A stretch of DNA of 64,000 nt. It comes from a virus (taxonomy: Duplodnaviria; Heunggongvirae; Uroviricota; Caudoviricetes). Made by a program: the position numbers and the translations under genes. The stretch lies in IMG/VR virus record IMGVR_UViG_3300025011_000017, one strand, 5' to 3'. Shown here one piece after another: positions 47,743-55,518 of the stretch. The first letter of the stretch is position 1, and each line of letters begins with the position of its first letter. Under the pieces are notes generated by a model that had not been told where the DNA came from, did not search any database, and saw only the letters and a program-made list of their open reading frames with translations.

Positions 47743-48891
47743 TTAAAGAGTATTAAATCCTTCTAATCCATCTTTTTCTATTATTCCTGCTAATTCTCTG
47801 ATCACATATTCCCATAAAGGAGTAATATATTTCCAATCAAATGCCTCGCAATATTTTCGACACTCTTTACCAATTACAGGTAAAACACTTCTGTTTTTAT
47901 AATAAATATTAAGTTTTTCTGTTAAATCAGAACTACTTATTATCTGTCTCTCAGTATCCCATAGTGGCAAAAAATATGAACCAACTGTATTAATTCTCAT
48001 ATTTCTGGACACAAATTCTTTACAAGCAGAATAATCAGTCACCAAAACTGGCACTTCACATAATTGTGCTTCTAATGAAGGAAGCATTAAACCTTCTCCG
48101 CTAGTAGATGAAGCGTAAATATCCATAAGATTGTATATTTCAACAAATGTTTTTTCATCAACACCTGTTTCAACATTTAAATCTTTTGTAATATAAACTT
48201 TATCTTGTATATTATTTCTCATAATATGTTCATATAAATTATGTCCTACATCAATTGGTTTAGTATGAAGATATAAAACTACATCATTTTTATCTTTAGC
48301 GAAATCAGCAAATGATTTTATTAAAGCAGGGAAATTTTTTCTTTCAGAATTACGTCCAACTGATCCTACTACAAATTTACCACTTAATCCATACTTCCGT
48401 TTTATCGCTTCTTTATTCATTGGCCTGAATACTTCTGGATCTACTCCATGATAGATTAAACGTGTATCTTCTCTTTGAGTAGCGTTTATTGTTGCATTTA
48501 ATCCTGTTTTTGAATAAGTTATAGGCATATCCATTTGATTAACAATGTACTTTTGAGCAGTTGTAAGTTGTTCGGAATCGACTGGAAAATATCCCAAAAA
48601 ACGAAAAAATCTATTCTTGTATTGTCCTATATAACTGATGTTCATTAAATCTCCATACGCAAACACGATGTCTGGAAGTAAATCATCTACAACTTTAGTA
48701 AATATTGTTTTCCCAAAGTCATTGTTTGGTACTGGATGAAGTTTGTATTTATAATCTATCTCTTCTTTAAGACCCCAAGCAATTTGTTCTACGTGATGTC
48801 CTAAAGAAAGAAAGATGCCAGCTAAACGTCTTATAATTACGGAATATCCTGTATTATACAAAGGGCAATCTGATATAAGTAATATTTTCAA
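47743..48891 (-). CDS. glycosyltransferase, GT-B/GT4-like
   Basis: HGVD, RNSERKNFP and EGLMLPSLEAQLC (EX7E) motifs. Confidence 0.9.
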   Translation of the reverse strand: MKILLISDCPLYNTGYSVIIRRLAGIFLSLGHHVEQIAWGLKEEIDYKYKLHPVPNNDFGKTIFTKVVDDLLPDIVFAYGDLMNISYIGQYKNRFFRFLGYFPVDSEQLTTAQKYIVNQMDMPITYSKTGLNATINATQREDTRLIYHGVDPEVFRPMNKEAIKRKYGLSGKFVVGSVGRNSERKNFPALIKSFADFAKDKNDVVLYLHTKPIDVGHNLYEHIMRNNIQDKVYITKDLNVETGVDEKTFVEIYNLMDIYASSTSGEGLMLPSLEAQLCEVPVLVTDYSACKEFVSRNMRINTVGSYFLPLWDTERQIISSSDLTEKLNIYYKNRSVLPVIGKECRKYCEAFDWKYITPLWEYVIRELAGIIEKDGLEGFNTL

Positions 48892-48893
48892 TT

Positions 48894-49352
48894 TTAATCA
48901 ATTCCTTCAAACCTATTTTTAAGAAATTTTGCTGGATTACCTGCCCATATCTCGAAAGCAGGAATTGTTTTTCCTGTCAATACAGATCCTCCTGCAAGTA
49001 CAGAACCTTCTTCCATAATACTTCCTGCATTAATAACACAATTACAACCAATCCAACAACCATCTGAGATTATTACAGGTTTTGAATTATATGGTTGATG
49101 TTTTATCCAAGATTCTTTTCCTCTATATTCGTGATTAGCGTCCCTGAGAGTGGTTTTTTCAGCTATTATTGCTCCATTTCCAATTCTTACATATTCATTA
49201 CAAACAATCATTGTCCATTTACCAATAAAAACATCATGTCCAATATCTAAATGTCCACCATCAGCGTGAAGATAATAATCTCCAAGATGTTGAACAAATC
49301 CATCCTTCATGGATACTTTACCACCGTTATTTTCATATATTTCAAGTGACAT
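48894..49352 (-). CDS. sugar O-acetyltransferase (hexapeptide/LbH)
   Basis: Hexapeptide repeats, DANH and WAGNPAK motifs. Confidence 0.88.
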   Translation of the reverse strand: MSLEIYENNGGKVSMKDGFVQHLGDYYLHADGGHLDIGHDVFIGKWTMIVCNEYVRIGNGAIIAEKTTLRDANHEYRGKESWIKHQPYNSKPVIISDGCWIGCNCVINAGSIMEEGSVLAGGSVLTGKTIPAFEIWAGNPAKFLKNRFEGID

Positions 49353-49397
49353 ATAAAACCTCCTTTAAGGGAATACTGAAAGTAGAGGTGAATAATT

Positions 49398-49472
49398 ATG
49401 AAAAGGGTGTTTGGTATAATTGTTATTTTGTCTCCATTTATAGGAGCATGGTGGTATTGGATAAATAATTAA
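49398..49472 (+). CDS. 24-aa hydrophobic peptide antisense to the glycan cluster (type I toxin-like)
   Basis: AGAGGTG SD 7 nt before ATG; MKRVFGIIVILSPFIGAWWYWINN*; its stop overlaps the stop of the convergent GT gene; absent from the supplied ORF track. Confidence 0.55.
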   Translation: MKRVFGIIVILSPFIGAWWYWINN

Positions 49473-50377
49473 AGAGAATCCATTACTTCTTTCCAAAAGT
49501 TAGTAGCTATTGTTTGCCAACAGAATTTATTACGAACTTCTTTGATTTCGTTCGCTGTCATCTTTGTATTATCTGAATTATTAAAATGCTTTATGATATT
49601 ATTAGTCATATCAATATCATATTCACCTTCTGGTATAAATAATGAAAAATCTTCAAACCATTTACGATAATATATACTGTTAAAACAAATCGGTTTTGCA
49701 CCACAAATAGCACCTTCGATGACAGGTAGCTCGAATCCTGCACCAGACCTCATTCCAGAAACAAATTTACATGACATATACCATTCTTTAAGTTCATCAT
49801 CAGAAATCCACTTTTCAAAGGTGTGAAAATTAGAATCAAATACTCTTCCCTGACGCAAGAATTGATGAAACCTAAAATCAGTATGCAACATTTTACCACC
49901 AGTTAATCTACAACTATCGTATATTTCTGAGTGATGTTCGCTGTCATAAAAACTGAAACTAATTATAGTATTATCTCTCTTGCTATTAATCGCTTTTACA
50001 GCATCTACATTGAATATTTCTTCATCAAATCCCCAAGGTGCGTAAACATGATTGGTATTTTGATTAACATTTGTATATCCAAGAATATCTAATGGATGAA
50101 ATGTATATGTCATTTTAAGTAAAGGATTAGAAAATAAATCATTAAAATACGATTTATCTTGTTGTAATTCACTTATTAAGAATATCATTGGTTTTTTACA
50201 ATTATGTAAATACCAATTTAAATCATTTAAATATTGATGATGAAATATTACAAAATTAGCTTCTTCATAACTATTTACAAATTCAATTGAATTAGGACTA
50301 TGTTTTCTTAGGTTTTTTGATATCCTAGCACCACCTTGTCGAAGCTCCCCACCATAAGTTTCCCAACACTTAATCAT
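49469..50377 (-). CDS. glycosyltransferase, GT-B/GT4-like
   Basis: PWGFD and GFELPVIEGAICG motifs. Confidence 0.8.
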   Translation of the reverse strand: MIKCWETYGGELRQGGARISKNLRKHSPNSIEFVNSYEEANFVIFHHQYLNDLNWYLHNCKKPMIFLISELQQDKSYFNDLFSNPLLKMTYTFHPLDILGYTNVNQNTNHVYAPWGFDEEIFNVDAVKAINSKRDNTIISFSFYDSEHHSEIYDSCRLTGGKMLHTDFRFHQFLRQGRVFDSNFHTFEKWISDDELKEWYMSCKFVSGMRSGAGFELPVIEGAICGAKPICFNSIYYRKWFEDFSLFIPEGEYDIDMTNNIIKHFNNSDNTKMTANEIKEVRNKFCWQTIATNFWKEVMDSL

Positions 50378-51327
50378 ATTATTACCTCATAACGCCAATA
50401 ATCCAAAACTTCTTTCAGCGTACTATAAAAATCTTCTTCCATTTCCCAACCAATACTTTTTAACTTAGAGTTATCCCCTAACTCCAACGGAATATCAGAT
50501 TTTCTTAACTTATTTTCGTCAATTTCAACAGTAATATCCGCACTAGACATTCCTATAAGACAATCTAATATATCACTCATTTTTCTTGGAATTCCAGAAC
50601 AAATATTATAAGATTCTCCATTTGTATTTTCATCACTTTGAGACAATATCCATAATGCTTTTACACAATTTTTTGCCGAAAGAAAGTCACGCTCACTTGT
50701 TAAATTCCCTACCTTTATGATTCCTTTACTTCCTCTTCTCTCAATCATAGCTATTTGTTTAGCAAAACTATTAACACTACTGTTCTCTCCCTGTCTTCGA
50801 CCAATCTGTATATATGGTCTAACATTTATGACAGGCAAGCAATAATTCTTAAAGTATTGATATCCCATTGTTTCCGTTGCAACTTTTGTCACAGCATATA
50901 AACTTAACGGATGAAATTGCGTTTCTTCATCCGTGGGATACTTGCCATTTACGTCACCGTAAACTGCCGCACTTGATGCCAAAATAATCTTTTTTGGAAT
51001 ATAATTTGCTAATTTAATAGATTCTAAAAGATTAAAAGTTCCATTAATATTAGTATCAATGGTCATTTGAGGATTGCTTTCAGATATTTTTGGATAACCT
51101 TGTCCTGCCAGTGAAAAAATTATGTCTGGTTTTATTTCATTAATTATATTTAGAACTGCCACAAAATCTGTTATGTCTAAATCTCTGTAACTTACAATTT
51201 CTGGTCTATACGCTTTACTTCTAGGGCGTTTACTTGCAAATATCTCATATTCTTTATGGTTTTTATAAATATAATCAATTAAATGACTTGCTATCATTCC
51301 ATTACCACCTGTAATAAATACCTTCAT
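50374..51327 (-). CDS. extended SDR nucleotide-sugar epimerase/reductase, GMD/RMD-like
   Basis: ITGGNGMIA, SSAAVYG, YAVTK and GNLTSERDF motifs. Confidence 0.85.
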   Translation of the reverse strand: MKVFITGGNGMIASHLIDYIYKNHKEYEIFASKRPRSKAYRPEIVSYRDLDITDFVAVLNIINEIKPDIIFSLAGQGYPKISESNPQMTIDTNINGTFNLLESIKLANYIPKKIILASSAAVYGDVNGKYPTDEETQFHPLSLYAVTKVATETMGYQYFKNYCLPVINVRPYIQIGRRQGENSSVNSFAKQIAMIERRGSKGIIKVGNLTSERDFLSAKNCVKALWILSQSDENTNGESYNICSGIPRKMSDILDCLIGMSSADITVEIDENKLRKSDIPLELGDNSKLKSIGWEMEEDFYSTLKEVLDYWRYEVII

Positions 51328-51433
51328 CCCATCACCTCTTCTACCAATTTAACGGAATAATCATTGCTAATTTAAAATAATAAAATATTACGAAATTCTT
51401 AATATCTTTTAAAATATTCAAATGCATTTCTCC

Positions 51434-51976
51434 TTAAATTTTTATTAACGCTTTATAAAAATTATCTGCAATTTTACGTTGTCCTTCGTCATTCAGATGA
51501 TGTAAATCCTCTAAGAAATAACTAATATCTTTTGTATCAGTATAAGTATCTACTAATTCAATTCCATTCATATAACAAAATACATTTAATAAATTATTAT
51601 ATTCCACTATCATAGGTCGTATATTTCTAACAATTTTACTTGGCACATTTTCCTGAATATACGGCGTTGTAGAAATCACTATTTTCAAATCATGTTTCTT
51701 AATATATGTAATTAATTTGTAATAATCTGAAAATATCTCTTTAAACGATCTTCCTAATATTAAATCATTTATGCCAACCAAAATTGTTACAACATTAATA
51801 TATTCTACTGGAATAATGTTTTTTGCAACTTTATAAACATCGTCAATTATCGAACCTGCTTTTCCTGCATTAATTACATTAAATTCTTTTGTTTCTGCTA
51901 ATATTTGAGGATAATATACTAAATTTGGCAGTAATTCTGCATAAGTTATACTATCTCCAAGACATAGAATGTTCAT
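51434..51976 (-). CDS. SGNH/GDSL hydrolase
   Basis: CLGDSIT, NAGKAG, VGINDL and DLHH catalytic blocks. Confidence 0.85.
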   Translation of the reverse strand: MNILCLGDSITYAELLPNLVYYPQILAETKEFNVINAGKAGSIIDDVYKVAKNIIPVEYINVVTILVGINDLILGRSFKEIFSDYYKLITYIKKHDLKIVISTTPYIQENVPSKIVRNIRPMIVEYNNLLNVFCYMNGIELVDTYTDTKDISYFLEDLHHLNDEGQRKIADNFYKALIKI

Positions 51977-51996
51977 TTTATATTCACCTTATTTCC

Positions 51997-52028
51997 AAAA
52001 TAAAAGGAGGTTGATTTTACTCAACCTC
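51997..52028 (-). terminator. intrinsic terminator after the capsid genes
   Basis: GAGGTTGA-gtaaaa-TCAACCTC followed by CTTTTATTTT on the - strand. Confidence 0.7.
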
Positions 52029-52472
52029 TTATATCTTACCGATCTTTTGACTTTCATCTTCTTCAATTTCATCAATTACTTTTATTCCAGTAGCATCCTC
52101 AATAAGCTTTAATTTACTTAATGGTAAATCCAATGTCTTAGCTGTTGTTACAACTTTTTCAAAAGCATGTCTCTCTGAGATATTAGATAGAAAATTCTTT
52201 AAGTCTGGCATTTTACCACTTAATGCTTTAATTACATCTTCTGTTTTTAAAGCATTTGGATTTGGTTTTCCTAATCCCATATTTTCCATAATATCTTTAT
52301 TTTCGCAAATCAAAACACCTTCTCTAAAGAGGGAACATACATTATTGGTATAATATATGTCATCCTCTTCAAGCATGTTAAAAGAATTTGCAGGAACTTT
52401 ACTTTCTATTTTTCCATCCATTGAAATTAAACCTACCGGAAAGTTATTGTTATTAAAAACTTTATACTTCAA
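52029..52472 (-). CDS. head-associated hypothetical protein
   Basis: Immediately after the major capsid gene, as in SPbeta-like head modules. Confidence 0.55.
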   Translation of the reverse strand: MKYKVFNNNNFPVGLISMDGKIESKVPANSFNMLEEDDIYYTNNVCSLFREGVLICENKDIMENMGLGKPNPNALKTEDVIKALSGKMPDLKNFLSNISERHAFEKVVTTAKTLDLPLSKLKLIEDATGIKVIDEIEEDESQKIGKI

Positions 52473-52500
52473 ACTAACCCTTCTTTCCTTATTTTAAGAC

Positions 52501-53484
52501 TTAGGATAATGAACTGTCTTTATATAATCCTAAGAATTTACGGTATCCAACGACACCAACACCAACATATTTATCCATACGGACTTCATACATTTTGTCG
52601 TTGATTGAAGTTGCTTCCATTGCAGATACTTGTCCTTCAAGAACGACCTTTAACGGACGATTAGCAGAAGCACCAGTAGGAACAATATAAAGTAAATCTT
52701 TACGAAGAACAGTGTTAGTTAAGTTTTCTTGAACAAGTTGATTGTTCATCTTAACAATATTTGCAGTTTTATAGGTTCCAAGATGACCGTTTTGATTGTG
52801 TTCTTTTACGTATTCTGGATTTACAATACTATTAAAACCAGTTAATGCAGTAAATTTAGAAATACACTCGATATCTCCCATAATACTTACCCCACCCAAA
52901 CGGGCTAAAGCATAAATTATAGGATCAATAACAGTTGCGACAACACCATTTCCTGTCCCATAGTTAGGAGCAGACATAGCAGAAAAAGCATCGTAAAGAG
53001 TTTTTTGAACTTTAGCGGCAATGGCCATTTCCATACGGAATGCTGATTCAGTTGCTACCTTAGAGAAGTCTGTTTTACCACTAAGTAAATCATAAAAGTT
53101 AATCGCAGGACGAACAGAAACTTCATCAGTTTCTAAGGTCGTATACGTGTGACCAACTTTACTACGCTCAGTAGTACTTCCTTTAGCTTGGAAGAAAGCT
53201 TTTACTCCAGGTAGATCAACTTGGAATTGAGCTTTTTGTCCAAAGTCGATATGTTTAACGTCTGCAATAGTTGGTAGATAGTTTAAAGAAAGATCAAGTT
53301 GATTATCTACAATAAGACGAAGGATTTGTGCGATTTCATAACGATTGTTAGGGTTAGGATTAGCACATAATTCCTTGATAAAATCGTTAGCGTCTTTTAA
53401 TTCACTTGCAACAACATTTTGAGGTGCAGTTAAATTTGCACTAAATAGTTCTACGATAGGTGATTTAGCATTAATTTCTGACAT
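52501..53484 (-). CDS. major capsid protein
   Basis: 327 aa, strong GGAGG SD, marked high-expression codon bias, position after protease and decoration genes. Confidence 0.85.
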   Translation of the reverse strand: MSEINAKSPIVELFSANLTAPQNVVASELKDANDFIKELCANPNPNNRYEIAQILRLIVDNQLDLSLNYLPTIADVKHIDFGQKAQFQVDLPGVKAFFQAKGSTTERSKVGHTYTTLETDEVSVRPAINFYDLLSGKTDFSKVATESAFRMEMAIAAKVQKTLYDAFSAMSAPNYGTGNGVVATVIDPIIYALARLGGVSIMGDIECISKFTALTGFNSIVNPEYVKEHNQNGHLGTYKTANIVKMNNQLVQENLTNTVLRKDLLYIVPTGASANRPLKVVLEGQVSAMEATSINDKMYEVRMDKYVGVGVVGYRKFLGLYKDSSLS

Positions 53485-53515
53485 AATTGAATTACCTCCT
53501 TATAAGTTTATTAAA

Positions 53516-53956
53516 TTATTTTACAACTACAGAGATCGCGGGATTACCATAAAAAACTTCTGCATTACTTTTTACAACAAAAGAATATTTAGGTGTACGT
53601 GCCGCTATTGCTACAAGATTTCCAGATGCTCCTACAGCCAATATATCTCCATCGGCAGGTGTACCAGTAAAATTAGTAGTTACTATAATGTCGCCAGCTT
53701 GTGGAACATGGCCTTTTACGAATTTACCATTCTTTAATACAAAATCAGCATCGTCAATCATTTGTTCAAATACTGTATCAATTTCGTTTTGTACGAAAAG
53801 AACTTCTCCATCTCCTGCCGTTGCATCAGCAGGAACAGTTGCAACCCCATTTGCATAATCAGGTACAACAAATTGTCCCACTTCAACTCCATCTGTTGCA
53901 CTTAATGTTAAAGTACCAATATATTGATCATTACCAAGACTTAAAAATCCAGACAT
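53516..53956 (-). CDS. head decoration/cement protein
   Basis: 146-aa beta-rich protein between scaffold and capsid genes. Confidence 0.6.
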   Translation of the reverse strand: MSGFLSLGNDQYIGTLTLSATDGVEVGQFVVPDYANGVATVPADATAGDGEVLFVQNEIDTVFEQMIDDADFVLKNGKFVKGHVPQAGDIIVTTNFTGTPADGDILAVGASGNLVAIAARTPKYSFVVKSNAEVFYGNPAISVVVK

Positions 53957-54012
53957 TAAAATTCCTCCTTAAAATTTGAATTGTATTATATAATAAATGC
54001 ATTATTTTACAC

Positions 54013-55503
54013 TTATTCTTGATACCATTTTTTACGATTGTCTTCTGGAAGCAAATTGTCTGTTACAGTAGCTAAAGTAACTACTGGTTCAACAACAGGT
54101 TTAACTTCAGAAACAACATTAGCCAATTCAGCTTCAACTACTCTTTGAGCTATGATTATTGCTATTTTAGATTTATTTAGACTTTCGATTGCTTCAGCTA
54201 TTTCAATATTTTCTGTTAATTCAACTTCAGTAACCCTCTTTGAATTTAAAGCATAAATTTTAAGTTCAGCGATATCTTCTAATTTCTTAGCTTCTGCTTT
54301 TTCAGCTAAGATAGCATCTCTCTCTTCTTTAATAGTCATTAAGGAAGAAACTTGTCCTTTAAGTTCTTCGACAATCAGACCTAAACTAACAATTTGTTCA
54401 GCAGATTGAGTCTCATTCAATACAACCACCTCATTCTTTGCAGATAATTCATTATTTACAATTTCGAATTCTGCTTTAATTTTATCAAGTTCTGCATTTG
54501 CAGAATTTAATTCTGAATTTAATTTTTCACATTTAGCATTTAATTCATCTTGTGTAATTATTCCATTATCACTAGAAGCTAGAATAGATTTTGCTTGATA
54601 TACAATTTCTACATTTATCCAACTATCCTTAGATTCAATGTTCACTTCATTATTCGAAACGGAATAACTTATTTTGTATAATTCATCACAATCATAATCA
54701 CACACAATACAATAAGATGAATATACGACTCTAATCCCATAATAACTATTTGTATTATCATTAATAGATGTCCATAATTGTGATCTAATATCATCAAAAG
54801 ATAATTCTGCTGTTTCCGTAACTCCGAAATATTCAGTCTTAATTCCATTGTTATCATTAAATTCTCTTTTTATAGTCATTGATTGGCCTCCTTCCAGATT
54901 ATTATTTGTTATATCTTCATTGTCACTAACTAAATCTGCGATCAAACTAGCGACAAGGAGAGTTGGTTTAGATGTAATTTCAGCAGGTGAACTTACAATT
55001 GCATCACCAATTAATGAATTTTTACCATTTGCATAAGGTATTTCTCTGCTTGTAGCAGTCATATTTCCATATTCTGCCACACTAACTTCACATGAAAAAC
55101 GTAATAGATCATTTAAATATAATTCAGCAATCGCTTCACAAGTTTTAGGAAAACGTTTTAAGACTCTTGCTTCTCCAATTAAATTAAAAGAGCCATCTTC
55201 ATTATTACTTTTCTCAAAACTAACAAAAGAACCGATCATATCAGTTCTTAATACACCGTCACTATATAAATGAGTTAATTTATCATATTCTTCATTTTCT
55301 AATTTTTCTTTATCTACCACTAATGCAATTCCTATATAATTCTGTTGATTGTTCACGATTCCATCTATAAAATCTTCAGTAAATTCTGCACCATTTAAAT
55401 TGACATTATTTGTTAAAATTATCATTTTTAATGTCATAAATATACTACTTGACTCGGTATTTAATTCAAATATCTTAGGTGTAAGAGATATTATATCCTG
55501 CAT
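54013..55503 (-). CDS. prohead protease/scaffold fusion
   Basis: N-terminal protease-like domain (FSCEV...GDAIV) and C-terminal Glu/Ala/Lys coiled coil. Confidence 0.7.
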   Translation of the reverse strand: MQDIISLTPKIFELNTESSSIFMTLKMIILTNNVNLNGAEFTEDFIDGIVNNQQNYIGIALVVDKEKLENEEYDKLTHLYSDGVLRTDMIGSFVSFEKSNNEDGSFNLIGEARVLKRFPKTCEAIAELYLNDLLRFSCEVSVAEYGNMTATSREIPYANGKNSLIGDAIVSSPAEITSKPTLLVASLIADLVSDNEDITNNNLEGGQSMTIKREFNDNNGIKTEYFGVTETAELSFDDIRSQLWTSINDNTNSYYGIRVVYSSYCIVCDYDCDELYKISYSVSNNEVNIESKDSWINVEIVYQAKSILASSDNGIITQDELNAKCEKLNSELNSANAELDKIKAEFEIVNNELSAKNEVVVLNETQSAEQIVSLGLIVEELKGQVSSLMTIKEERDAILAEKAEAKKLEDIAELKIYALNSKRVTEVELTENIEIAEAIESLNKSKIAIIIAQRVVEAELANVVSEVKPVVEPVVTLATVTDNLLPEDNRKKWYQE

Positions 55504-55518
55504 AATTTTTCACCACCT

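Noticed and set aside
44013-51976. Glycan cluster as a host LPS/capsule locus or assembly chimera
   Set aside because: It is co-oriented and tightly packed with phage genes on both sides, has similar AT-rich composition, and lacks transport or polymerase genes; a read-level check is still advisable.
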